Assembly (NCBI GenBank): GCA_963695155.1
Contig: CAVOGD010000005.1
Span: 964 to 64,963 of the forward strand
Source of the DNA: an uncultured Gammaproteobacteria bacterium
GTDB taxonomy: Bacteria > Pseudomonadota > Gammaproteobacteria > Steroidobacterales > Steroidobacteraceae
Direction: 5' to 3'
Length of the DNA: 64,000 nt
This document shows, one piece after another, positions 27,208 to 36,340 of the stretch; the first letter of the stretch is position 1, and every line of letters starts with the position of its first letter. The position numbers and the translations under genes were made by a program. The notes under the pieces were generated by a model that had not been told where the DNA came from, ran no database searches, and saw only the letters and a program-made list of their open reading frames with translations.

Positions 27208-28098
27208 TCAGTGGTTGCAGAGCCCGATGTTGCCCGACAGCGTGGTGATGCGGACCCGCGCGGCACCGCCGCCCTCGGTGAACCGCAGCTCGAGCCCCGG
27301 CCCGTACTTGCTCTTGCGCTGCGGCGCCGGGCCGAAGCAGTTGTCGATGCTGCCGCTGTGGCTGCCGACGTCGAACTCGGCGTCCACGGGCTTCTGCAGC
27401 GACAGTTCCACGCCGCCGCTGATGGTCTCGACCTCGACGCGGCCGGCACCGGCGACGCCGGCGCGCGCCACGATGTCGCCCGACACCGACTTCATGCCCA
27501 GCCGGGTTGCGCCGTCCACCTCGACGTCCAGCTCGCCGCTGACCGTCTTGGCCTCGACCTCGCCCTTGAGCCCCCGGGCGGTGAGGTCGCCGCTCACGCT
27601 GGCGAGCCTGGCGCCTGCCTTGCCGCCCTGCCCGCGCACCTGTGCATCGCCGCTGATCGTGCGCAGGTCCAGCGCCTCGTCGAACACGATCGTGGTGATG
27701 TCGCCGCTGACCGACTCGAGCCGCTGCGTACCGCGGATGCCGTCCACCGCGATGTCGGCGCTCACGGTCTGCGCATTGAGCAGCGAGGCGAGCGGCACCT
27801 TGATGTCCAGGCGCGCCTCACGGCGCCCCATCTGCCGGTCCTGCTCGGGGCGCACCTTGATGATCACGCGCTTGTCGTCGGCGGTGAATTCCAGTTCGTC
27901 CTTGTCGTTGTCGATCACACCGGTCACCTTCACCTCCTGGCGATCCCAGCCGGTGACCGTGACCTTGCCCTGGATGTTGGAGATTTCGACGGACGGGCTG
28001 GCGCCCGTCTTCAGGCTGCGGTCGATGTCCTGCGCCGCTTGCGCCACCGGAATGGCGAGCGCGGCGACGATGGCGATGGCAACGTGCTTGATGTTCAT
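27208..28098 (-). CDS. DUF4097 beta-strand-repeat protein (putative adhesin-like), secreted
   Basis: Signal MNIKHVAIAIVAALAIPVAQA, then repeated SGDI/SGDL/SGEL beta units (VSGDITT, ISGDAQV, VSGDLTA, VSGELDV, VSGDIVA, ISGGVEL, LSGNIGL). Confidence 0.8.
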   Translation of the reverse strand: MNIKHVAIAIVAALAIPVAQAAQDIDRSLKTGASPSVEISNIQGKVTVTGWDRQEVKVTGVIDNDKDELEFTADDKRVIIKVRPEQDRQMGRREARLDIKVPLASLLNAQTVSADIAVDGIRGTQRLESVSGDITTIVFDEALDLRTISGDAQVRGQGGKAGARLASVSGDLTARGLKGEVEAKTVSGELDVEVDGATRLGMKSVSGDIVARAGVAGAGRVEVETISGGVELSLQKPVDAEFDVGSHSGSIDNCFGPAPQRKSKYGPGLELRFTEGGGAARVRITTLSGNIGLCNH

Positions 28099-28100
28099 GG

Positions 28101-28694
28101 TCAGGTCCTCCGGCCGGCGGCTTCCGCCGTGGCGGCCACGCTTGAATAAAGTTCGATTTCATCCTGGTAGGTGCTGAGCAGAAGCTGGTTGAGCAACTGG
28201 CTGGCCGGATCGCCGGCCAGCGCGGCGTCGATGGCGTCGGCCGCGCCCTGGATGGTCGCCAGGTTCTGCTCGATGCGCGCGCGGGGCTCGTCCGGCAGGT
28301 CGGCCAGCCGCGCCTTGAACAACTGGAACATCTCGGCTCGCATCGCGACGTACTCGGGCCCCAGCCCCGAGTGGTCGCCGTACGCAACCGGTTGAAGCGC
28401 CGCGACCGTTGCCGGCCGTGCGCCCGCCAGCTGCTCCGTCCCGCGCCCGGCCGGCTGCAGGGCCATCCACGTGAACAGCACGGACACCGCAGCCACCGCC
28501 ACGCCGGCCGCCACGGCCCATTGCCACGACAGGCCCCGCGTCACGCGCCGTGTACCCGGCGCCTCGCGCTCGATGCGGCTGCGGATCGTGGGCCACAGGT
28601 CGCGGCCTGGCGGCACGCTGTGCGGCAACCCGGCCACCTTTGTGAGCAGCGGGTCGCGCTCGCGCTCGCTACGCCCGAACCGGATCATGCTCAT
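28101..28694 (-). CDS. putative anti-sigma factor (single-pass membrane protein)
   Basis: The start overlaps the sigma gene stop (ATGA). It has a cytoplasmic N-terminus, one TM helix (WQWAVAAGVAVAAVSVLFTWMAL) and a periplasmic C-terminus. Called from position and topology only. Confidence 0.55.
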   Translation of the reverse strand: MSMIRFGRSERERDPLLTKVAGLPHSVPPGRDLWPTIRSRIEREAPGTRRVTRGLSWQWAVAAGVAVAAVSVLFTWMALQPAGRGTEQLAGARPATVAALQPVAYGDHSGLGPEYVAMRAEMFQLFKARLADLPDEPRARIEQNLATIQGAADAIDAALAGDPASQLLNQLLLSTYQDEIELYSSVAATAEAAGRRT

Positions 28695-29314
28695 GTAAAA
28701 GCCTCCTCACCCATGCGTTCGCGCAGCAGCCGCCGCGCGCGGTGCAGCTGCGCCTTGCTGGTGCCGACCGCCACGCCCAGCATCCGTGCCGCCTCCTCGT
28801 GGCTGTAGCCGTACACGCCGTACAGCACCAGCACGTGACGCGCGCCCTGCGGCAGCGTCGCGATGCCGCGTTCGAGGTCGATCGGCGTGGCCGGGTCGGT
28901 CGGCCCCGCCGCGACGAACTCGCGGTCCGCGCCCGTCTCGTCCACCAGGCTCACCTCGCCGCGACCCTGCGGCGACCGGCTGCGCGCCAGCACGGCGTTG
29001 ACCGCGATGCGGTGCAGCCAGGTGCCGAGCCCGCTGCGCCCCTCGAAGCCCGCCAGGCTGCGCCACGCATTCACGAAGGTCTCCTGGGTCAGGTCCTCGG
29101 CCGTCTGGGGGTGTCCAGTCATGCGCAGGCACAGGCCATGGACGCGCCCCACGTGGGCCCGGTAGAGGCGCTCGAAGGCGGCGTGGTCGCCCGCCCGCGC
29201 GTCCGCTATCCAGTCGGCCTCGTCCGGTTCGGCTTGCAGCTGTGCGTCTGCCACGATCGAGCGTCTCCCTTCTGCCGCGCGACCCGGGCGCACCCCGGAT
29301 TTGGTCGGCTTCAT
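28691..29314 (-). CDS. ECF-type RNA polymerase sigma-70 family factor
   Basis: Region 2 is AFERLYRAHVGRVHGLCLRMTGHPQTAEDLTQETFVNAWRSLAGFEGRSGLGTWLHRIAVN. Region 4 is LPQGARHVLVLYGVYGYSHEEAARMLGVAVGTSKAQLHRARRLLRE. The start codon is uncertain. Confidence 0.85.
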   Translation of the reverse strand: MKPTKSGVRPGRAAEGRRSIVADAQLQAEPDEADWIADARAGDHAAFERLYRAHVGRVHGLCLRMTGHPQTAEDLTQETFVNAWRSLAGFEGRSGLGTWLHRIAVNAVLARSRSPQGRGEVSLVDETGADREFVAAGPTDPATPIDLERGIATLPQGARHVLVLYGVYGYSHEEAARMLGVAVGTSKAQLHRARRLLRERMGEEAFT

Positions 29315-29373
29315 GGGATTAGAGGCCGCCGGCGCCGGAAAGGTTTAAGGCGGGGCCAGGCGCGGCGGAGAGA

Positions 29374-30087
29374 TCAGACCGCCAGGCCGATTTCCACGCG
29401 TTTGTTGCGCTTGCCCTCATTGCGGATCCTCAGCACGCGGATGCCGCCGATCTCGGCGATGTTCCTCACGTGCGTACCGCCGCAGGGCTGCAGGTCTATG
29501 CCCGGGATGCGCAGCAGGCGGATGCGCCCGGCGCCGCGCGGCGGCTGCACGCTCATGGTCTTGACCAGTTCCGGCCGCGCGTCGAGTTCCTCGTCCGTGA
29601 TCCAGACGCTCTCCGTGTCCACGCCGCGCTCGATCAGCGCATTCGTGCCGCGCTCGATCGCGGCTGCGTCGAGCAGGCTCATGTCAATGTCGAAATCGAG
29701 GCGGGCCTTGTCCGGCGCGATGTTGCCCCCGGTCACCGGCGCGACCACGACACAGGACATCACGTGCAGCGCCGTGTGCAGCCGCATCACGGCGTGACGG
29801 CGCGGCCAGTCGAGCTCGAGCGACACCTGCTCCCCAAGCGCCGGCAGCCGGGCACCGGGGGTGACGAGGTGGCGCACGGTATCCGGCGCCGCGCCCTTGC
29901 GGGTGTCCACGACCGCGACGCGCGTGCCGTCCGCGCACAAGAGCCAGCCTGTGTCGCCGGGCTGGCCGCCGCCCAGCGGGTAGAAGATCGTGCGGTCGAG
30001 TTCGACGCCGCCCGCGTCCACCGCGGTCACGCGCGCGGATGCCGTCCTGAGGTAGGCGTCGTCCCGGAACAACAGTTCGGTGGTCAT
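29374..30087 (-). CDS. alanyl-tRNA editing protein (AlaX-type, Thr/Ala-tRNA synthetase second additional domain)
   Basis: TIFYPLGGGQPGDTG, zinc/editing motifs HTALHV and CGGTHV, MTTELLFRDDAY start at 30087. Confidence 0.8.
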   Translation of the reverse strand: MTTELLFRDDAYLRTASARVTAVDAGGVELDRTIFYPLGGGQPGDTGWLLCADGTRVAVVDTRKGAAPDTVRHLVTPGARLPALGEQVSLELDWPRRHAVMRLHTALHVMSCVVVAPVTGGNIAPDKARLDFDIDMSLLDAAAIERGTNALIERGVDTESVWITDEELDARPELVKTMSVQPPRGAGRIRLLRIPGIDLQPCGGTHVRNIAEIGGIRVLRIRNEGKRNKRVEIGLAV

Positions 30088-30208
30088 GGCGTCGCGCCCC
30101 GCGGCGGCCGGCGACCGGCCGGCCCGTCGCCGCCCATTATGCGCCGCGGGCGCAAGAAGGCCCGGCACCCCTCTGCAGGGCGCCGGGCCGATGTGGGAGC
30201 GGCGGTCC

Positions 30209-31060
30209 TTACTCCGGCTTGACGAACTTCAGCGTCATGCGGTCCGACTCGCCGATGGCGTCGTAGGGCGCACGGTCGAAGGTCGGGTCCGGGTCCTTGC
30301 CCGAGCCGTACGGCACCGTGAGCCTGGCCGGCGGCAGCGTCCACACGCCGAACGGGTGGTCCTTGGTGTCCTTCGGGTTGGCGTTGATCTCGGAACGGGC
30401 CGCCAGCTTGAAGCCGGCCGCCTCGACCTTGCCGATCAGGTAGGCCTCCGTCACGTAGCCGCTCACGGCCGCCGGGTCCTGCTCGCCGGGATTCGCGCGG
30501 TGTTGCTCGACGGCCAGGATGCCGCCCGGCTTGAGCGCGGTGTACAGGTCCGCGAACACCTTCTCGACGCGGCCTTCCGCACGCATCCAGCCGTGGAACG
30601 AGCGCGCGACCAGCACGAAATCGAAGGTGCCGGCCGGCGGCGGGGCGGAATCGCTGCCCCAGTTCACGACGCCCGCCTCGCCGTACAGCCCCGACCTGGC
30701 GGCCAGCTCCGCCTCCTGGCTGGCGCGCGCGGCGCGCGCGCGTTCGGAGAGCTTCGGGTCCTCGAGGTCGGGGCCGGTCGCGTAATAGCGCCCGCCGGTC
30801 GTGCGCGCATAGGGCGCCAGGATGTCGGTCCACCAGCCGCCGCCCGGCTGGACTTCCAGGATCGCCATCCCTGGGGCGAGGCCCCAGAACGTGAGCGACT
30901 CGACCGGGTGCCGCGCGTCGTCGCGCGCACGGTCTTCGGCCGAGCGCCATTCGCCGGCCACCGCCGCCACCAATGCCTCGTCCGCTGCGGCGATGGCTGG
31001 CGTTCCCGCCAGTACGGCGCACGCCGCGATGGCGACAGTCGCTGCTCTCATCAGGGTCAT
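30209..31060 (-). CDS. class I SAM-dependent methyltransferase with signal peptide
   Basis: MTLMRAATVAIAACAVLAGTPAIAA signal. Motif I-like ILEVQPGGGWW. LKPGGILAV. Confidence 0.65.
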   Translation of the reverse strand: MTLMRAATVAIAACAVLAGTPAIAAADEALVAAVAGEWRSAEDRARDDARHPVESLTFWGLAPGMAILEVQPGGGWWTDILAPYARTTGGRYYATGPDLEDPKLSERARAARASQEAELAARSGLYGEAGVVNWGSDSAPPPAGTFDFVLVARSFHGWMRAEGRVEKVFADLYTALKPGGILAVEQHRANPGEQDPAAVSGYVTEAYLIGKVEAAGFKLAARSEINANPKDTKDHPFGVWTLPPARLTVPYGSGKDPDPTFDRAPYDAIGESDRMTLKFVKPE

Positions 31061-31110
31061 GGCTTCTCTCCTCGGGGAAACGTCAACGAAGGCCCACATG
31101 GTAGCGCGCA

Positions 31111-31145
31111 GGAAAAACGGGCGCCGGGGAATCCGCGGCGCCCGT
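31111..31145 (-). terminator. rho-independent terminator of cytochrome c copy 1
   Basis: A 10-bp perfect stem (31117-31126 with 31136-31145) is followed on the minus strand by TTTTT. Confidence 0.55.
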
Positions 31146-31189
31146 CATCGGCCTTGCAGTGCGCGCCCCGACGGGAACGCGCGACGTGG

Positions 31190-31459
31190 CTACTTGGCCG
31201 TGGCGAAGTAGGCAGCGAGGTCGGCGATGTCGGCGTCCGACAGGGTCAGCTTCGGCTTGTGCTTCGAGGTCGCCGCCAGCTGGGCCTTGATGCTCGCCGC
31301 AATCGCGTCGGCCTTCTGGCCGGCAAATTCCGCCGGTTCGTGGCAATCGATGCAGGCATCGGCCTTCTTTTCGCCCGCCGCTGCGTCGCCGGCCATGGCC
31401 GCGCCGCTGAACGCCAGGGCGCCGGCCGCCAGCGTCATGACCATCCACTTCGTCTTCAT
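31190..31459 (-). CDS. small monohaem c-type cytochrome (copy 1)
   Basis: 89 aa. Signal MKTKWMVMTLAAGALAFSGAAMA, haem motif CIDCH, C-terminal LSDADIADLAAYFATAK. Confidence 0.75.
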   Translation of the reverse strand: MKTKWMVMTLAAGALAFSGAAMAGDAAAGEKKADACIDCHEPAEFAGQKADAIAASIKAQLAATSKHKPKLTLSDADIADLAAYFATAK

Positions 31460-31620
31460 CGCTGTCTCCTTGGGCTCTGGGGCCGCCGGCCTCCTGGGGG
31501 AATCCCCGCCGGAATGGCTCCTCGTGTTGCTACTGAGGGGAAGATGCACCTGGGAAACTGAATGCTGCCTTAACCGGGCAACGCAGCGGAATAAGGTGTT
31601 TTCCTGAGTCCCGGCCCAAG

Positions 31621-31658
31621 AAAAAACGCCCCGGGCGGCAGCGCCGCCCGGGGCGTTT
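31621..31658 (-). terminator. rho-independent terminator of cytochrome c copy 2
   Basis: A 13-bp perfect GC stem (31627-31639 with 31643-31655) has a 3-nt loop and is followed on the minus strand by TTTTTT. Confidence 0.65.
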
Positions 31659-31669
31659 GCGGTCAATGC

Positions 31670-31942
31670 TTACTTGCCCGAGGCGAAGAAAGCCGCGATG
31701 TCAGCGGCATCGGCATCGGACAGCGTCACCTTCTTGGTGTGCTTGGCCGTGCCTGCGACCACCGCCTTGATCTTGCCTTCGATGTCCGCGGCCTTCTGGC
31801 CCGCGAAATCCTCGGCCGGCTCGTGGCAGTCGAGGCACGCATCGGCCTTCTTTTCGCCCGCCGCCGCATCCCCGGCCATGGCCGCGCCGCTGAACGCCAG
31901 GGCGCCGGCCGCCAGGGTCATCACCATCCACTTCGTCCGCAT
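31670..31942 (-). CDS. small monohaem c-type cytochrome (copy 2)
   Basis: 90 aa. Signal MRTKWMVMTLAAGALAFSGAAMA, haem motif CLDCH, LSDADAADIAAFFASGK. Confidence 0.75.
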   Translation of the reverse strand: MRTKWMVMTLAAGALAFSGAAMAGDAAAGEKKADACLDCHEPAEDFAGQKAADIEGKIKAVVAGTAKHTKKVTLSDADAADIAAFFASGK

Positions 31943-32160
31943 TGTTGTCTCCTTGAGGTCTGGGGCCGCTGGCCCGCCCGGAAATATCCCCAGCGAAGCG
32001 ACCCCTCGCTGAAAACTGAGGGAAAGATTAGGGCTGGGATCCTGAATGCTGCCTGAATGCGCCGACAAAGTGAACCGGCGGTTGCGGCCCGGGCCCCGGC
32101 CGCTGGCCCGGCCGGGGCTTGCGGTTAGAATGGCCCTCCCCCGGATTCGCGGAGATTCCC

Positions 32161-33258
32161 GTGCCGAACGCCACGATCACAGGATGGGGCAAGTGCATGC
32201 CCCCCGCCGTCCTGTCCAATGCGGACCTGGCCACGTTCATGGATACGGACGACGAGTGGATCACGTCCCGCACCGGCATCAGCGAGCGGCGCGTGTCGCA
32301 CGTCCCGCTCGGCGAGCTGGGCTACGTCTCCGCCGTGCGCGCGCTGGCCTGTGCCGGCCTCGAGGCGAAGGACCTCGACCTGATCATCTTCGGCACCTGC
32401 AGCATGGACGAGCAGGTGCCGAACATGGCCTCCGGCCTGCAGAAGCGCCTCGGCGCAGTGCACGCCGGCGCCATGGACATCAACACCGCCTGCACCAGCT
32501 ACCTGTACGGCCTCACCACCGCCGACGCCATGATCCGCTGCGGCATGATCAGGAACGCGCTGGTCATCGGCGGCGAGGTGATCACGTCCATGATGGACTG
32601 GTCCGACCGCAACGTGGCGGTGCTGTTCGGCGACGGCTGCGCCGCCACCGTGCTCCAGGCCACCGACCGGGACGAGGGCCTGCGGTCGAACAAGCTGGGC
32701 TGCTACGGTGAAGTGCGCGAGATCCTGCAGGTGCACGGCCTCGGCATCCGCTACGCGAACCGCGGCTGGCCGCTCGGCGATACGCACTGGAACTTCGACG
32801 GTCCCGAGATCTTCAAGCGCGCCGCGGTGGGCATGAGCCGCGCCTGCAAGCACGTCATGGAGGAATGCTCGCTCGGCCCCGACGACATCCACCTGGTCGT
32901 GCCCCACCAGGCCAACCTGCGCATCATCGAGGCGGTGGTGAAGCGCGCCGGCATCCCCATGGAGCGCTGCTTCGTCAACATCCAGCGCTACGGCAACATG
33001 TCGGCCGCGACCGTCCCCGTGGCGCTGGTCGAGGCGCTCGAGGAAGGCCGCGTCGCGCCGGGGGCCACGCTGCTGCTGACCGGCTTCGGCGCCGGCCTGT
33101 CGTGGTCCGCACACGTGCTGCGCTGGGGGCAGCGGGTCACGCCGCTGGCGGAGGCCGACATCGCCCTGCCGCCCTGCGAGCGCAGCGGCCTGGCGATCGT
33201 GCAGGGCCATATCGCCGCCAAGCGCAACAGCCGCTGGACCGAGGACTTCCGCGCCTGA
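32161..33258 (+). CDS. beta-ketoacyl-ACP synthase III (FabH-like) with ~45-aa C-terminal extension
   Basis: Catalytic triad contexts are NTACTSYLYG (Cys), VVPHQAN (His) and YGNMSAATVP (Asn). GGAG lies 6 nt before the GTG at 32161. Confidence 0.8.
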   Translation: MPNATITGWGKCMPPAVLSNADLATFMDTDDEWITSRTGISERRVSHVPLGELGYVSAVRALACAGLEAKDLDLIIFGTCSMDEQVPNMASGLQKRLGAVHAGAMDINTACTSYLYGLTTADAMIRCGMIRNALVIGGEVITSMMDWSDRNVAVLFGDGCAATVLQATDRDEGLRSNKLGCYGEVREILQVHGLGIRYANRGWPLGDTHWNFDGPEIFKRAAVGMSRACKHVMEECSLGPDDIHLVVPHQANLRIIEAVVKRAGIPMERCFVNIQRYGNMSAATVPVALVEALEEGRVAPGATLLLTGFGAGLSWSAHVLRWGQRVTPLAEADIALPPCERSGLAIVQGHIAAKRNSRWTEDFRA

Positions 33259-33372
33259 CCGTCGCGGGCGGCGCAACGGCAGCGTGACAATCCGTACCGC
33301 GCGTGGCGCCGGGCTTGACTACAATGGCGCCCGCGCCGGCATCCCCGCCGCACCGATGAGGTCCTTGCACCG

Positions 33373-35563
33373 TTGCTGAAAGCCCTGCCCGGGACCGGGC
33401 TCCTGTTACTTGCGATCACGGCCACGGCCGCGGAAACCGCGGCGACACCCGCGCGCGTGACCCCGACCCTGCGTGTCCACGCGCTCGAGTCGGCGCCGGT
33501 GCTGGACGGCCGCGTGCTCGGCGACCCCGCCTGGCAGGGCGCCGCACCGGCCACCGGTTTCTCGCAGGTGCGCCCGGACGAGGGGCGGCCGGCCACGCAG
33601 CGCACCGAGGTGTTCGTCGGCGTCACCGACGAGGCGCTTTATATCGGCGTGGTCTGTTACGACGACAATCCCGGCGGGATCATCGTGGCCGGCAGCCAGC
33701 GCGACGCCTCGCTCACCGAGACCGACAGCTTCCAGGTGATCCTCGACACGTTTCGCGACCGGCAGAACGGCCTGGTGTTCGGCACCAATCCCGCCGGCGT
33801 CGAGTACGACGGGCAGGTCACCCGCGAGGGCACGGTGCAGTTCGGCTCCGGCGGCGGTGGCTTCAACCTCGACTGGGACACGACCTGGGAGGTCAGGACG
33901 CAGGTGTCCGACATCGGCTGGAGCGCGGAGATGGAGATCCCGTTCAAGTCGCTGCGCTACGGCCGCGAGGCCGTGCAGACCTGGGGCGTCAATTTCCAGC
34001 GCAACATCCGCCGCAACAACGAGGCGGCCTTCTGGGCGCCGCTGCCGCGCCAGCACAACCTGTACCGGGTCTCCCAGGCGGGCGACCTCGAGGGGGTGCG
34101 CATCCCGCGGCAACGCAACCTGAAGGTCACGCCGTACCTGCTGGGCACGGCGGCGCGCGGCGGCGACCTGCCCGCCGGTACGCACGACGACCAGGAATTC
34201 GGCGTCGACCTCAAGTACTCGCTGACCCCGGGCCTGACGCTGGACCTCACCTACAACACGGACTTCGCGCAGGTCGAGGCCGACGAGGTGCAGGTCAACC
34301 TCGACCGGTTCAGCCTGTTCTTCCCGGAGAAGCGGCCGTTCTTCCTCGAGAACGCGGGGCAGTTCGCGGTGGGTACGCCGGGCGCGGTCGAGCTGTTCTT
34401 CAGCCGGCGCATCGGCATCGGCCAGGCCGGCACACAGATCCCCATCGACGGCGGCCTGCGCCTGTCCGGCAAGGTCGGCGCCAGCACCAACGTCGGCTTC
34501 CTGCAGATGCGCTCGGCGGAAGTGAGCGGCGTGGCCCCGCGCAACGACTACACCGTGGCGCGCGTCAGCCGCGAGCTGCCGAACCGCTCTTCGTTCGGCG
34601 CGATCGCCGTGCAGCGCCAGGGCGCGAGCGGCGACGACTACAACCGTACCTTCGGCATCGACGGGCGCTGGGGGCTGGGCGACAACACGCTCCTGTCGGG
34701 CTACGCGGCGGTGACCGACACGCCGGGCCTGTCGGGCGACGAGCACGCCTTCAACCTCAAGGCCGAGTACAACTCCGAGACCTGGACGAACAACGCCGGC
34801 TACACGGAAGTCGGCGCGAACTTCAACCCGGAGGTGGGCTTCCTGTCGCGGCGCGGCTACCGCCGGGGCGACTTCCTGGTGCTGCGGCGCTTCCGGCCGG
34901 ACGACCTGTGGGGCCTGCAGGAACTGCGCCCGCACGCGTCGTGGCGCAGCTTCTGGGACTTCGACGGGTATTACGAGACCGGCTACCTGCACGTGGACAA
35001 CCACTGGGAGTGGAAAAGCGGCCACGAGGTCCATACCGGCGTCAACTTCACGCATGAGGGCGTGAAGCAGCCCTTCGAGATCGTCCGCGGCGTGACGGTG
35101 CCGGTCGGCGAGTACGACCACGAGGAAGCGCAGCTGGTCTTCTTCACCAACCAGGGCGCGCCGCTGAGCTTCTTCCTCGAGGCGAGGATCGGCGGGTTCT
35201 TCGGCGGCGACCGCGTGAGGTTGTCGCCGAATGTGGAGTACCGCATCGGCGAGGCTTTCAACGTGGAACTGAGCTGGGACCGCAACGACATCAAGCCTGC
35301 CGGTGCCGAACGGCGACTTCACGGTGAACGTCGGGCGGCTGCGCGCCACGTATTCGTTCACGCCGAAGATGTCGGTGTCCGCCCTGCTGCAATACGACGA
35401 CCGCAACGACCTGCTGGCGACCAACCTGCGTTTCGCCTGGCTGCAGTCGGCCAGCGCGGGGCTGTACCTCGTCTACAACGAGATCGACGAGGACCGCGCC
35501 GGCCTGGCGACCGAGCCGCGGCGCGAGTTCATCCTCAAGTACAGCAGGATCTTCGATTTGTAG
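33373..35563 (+). pseudogene. CBM9-like / DUF5916 family protein, frameshifted near the 3' end
   Basis: N-terminal VLDGRVLGDPAWQGAAPATGFSQVRPDEGRPATQRTEVFVGVTDEALYIGVVCYD is followed by a long beta-rich body. After ...ELSWDRNDIK the conserved tail (LPVPNGDFTVNVGRLRATYSFTPKMSVSALLQYDDRNDLLATNLRFAWLQSASAGLYLVYNE) is in the +1 frame. Shift at about 35292. The start (TTG 33373) is uncertain. Confidence 0.7.
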
Positions 35564-35566
35564 GCA

Positions 35567-35638
35567 CCGATCACTGATCACCAATCACCGATCACCGGAC
35601 AACGACCAGTGATCGGTGATCAGTGATTGGTGATTGGC
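35567..35638. repeat. inverted array of heptamer repeats (4 x CNATCAC, spacer, 4 x GTGATNN) between convergent genes
   Basis: Left arm is CGATCAC TGATCAC CAATCAC CGATCAC. Right arm is GTGATCG GTGATCA GTGATTG GTGATTG. There are five GATC sites in 72 nt. The arms form an imperfect 32-nt hairpin with alternative registers. Confidence 0.7.
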
Positions 35639-35656
35639 AAGAACGCGAGCAGCGGC

Positions 35657-36163
35657 TTAGCCGTAGCTGATGACCGTGCGGCAGGGCATCCCTTCCCAGC
35701 GGAAGTCCTTGACCAGCTGCAGGTCCAGCAGCACGCCCAGCGCGTCGACCTCGTAACCGGCCATGCGCGCCAGCGTCGCGGAGGCCGCCAGCGTCCCGCC
35801 GGTCGCCAGCACGTCGTCCACCAGCAGCAATCGCCCCTCGCCGCGCTGCATCTCCAGCACGCCGGACCCGTACTCGAGCGCATAGGGCACGTCCACCACG
35901 GGCGGCGGCAGCTTCCCCTGCTTGCGGATCGGCACGAAGCCCTTGCCGCGCCGCGTCGCCATGGCGGCGGCCAGGATGAAGCCCCGCGACTCGATGCCGG
36001 ACACGGCGTCCACGGACTGCCACTCTGCCTCGCTGAACAGGGCGTCCATGGCCGCGATCGTCTCGCTGAAATGCGAGCGCAGCAGCGGGCAGATGTCGCG
36101 GAACAGGATTCCCGGCTTCGGGAAATCCGGCACATCCCGGATCAGGCTCTTCAGTTTGGACAT
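35657..36163 (-). CDS. apt: adenine phosphoribosyltransferase
   Basis: MSKLKSLIRDVPDFPKPGILFRDI and the PRPP motif LLLVDDVLATGGTL. Confidence 0.92.
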   Translation of the reverse strand: MSKLKSLIRDVPDFPKPGILFRDICPLLRSHFSETIAAMDALFSEAEWQSVDAVSGIESRGFILAAAMATRRGKGFVPIRKQGKLPPPVVDVPYALEYGSGVLEMQRGEGRLLLVDDVLATGGTLAASATLARMAGYEVDALGVLLDLQLVKDFRWEGMPCRTVISYG

Positions 36164-36340
36164 CTTTACCCCGGCCCCGTGACCGGGGCGCTTCATACCG
36201 TTGGTCGGGCGCGCTCATTCCGCGCAGGGCGGGCGCCCGGCGCCATGATAGAACATCGCGGCCCCGCCGGGCCTTCCCGCCCTGCCGGGCACCGCGTTGT
36301 CGTATCCTGCTGCCCGGACCAGTCCCGTCACGGCAACACG

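Larger units (their letters stand above)
31111..32065 (-). repeat. tandem duplication (two ~450-470-bp units: 5' leader + cytochrome c gene + terminator)
   Basis: The signal-peptide and haem-site DNA is near-identical. The upstream leaders share ...CTGAATGCTGCCT...ACTGAGGG(G/A)AAGAT...GGGGCCGC. Confidence 0.6.

Noticed and set aside
35288-35300. Programmed ribosomal frameshift as an explanation for the frame change near the 3' end of the DUF5916-like gene (and likewise for the other single shifts)
   Set aside because: I noticed no slippery heptamer or downstream structure at the shift sites. The pattern of one-base discrepancies at short G/C runs across unrelated genes fits sequencing error or decay better.
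33406-35424. 672-aa minus-strand ORF
   Set aside because: It is antisense to the CBM9/DUF5916-like gene. Its composition is dominated by R/A/V/E/G repeats and no domain is recognisable.
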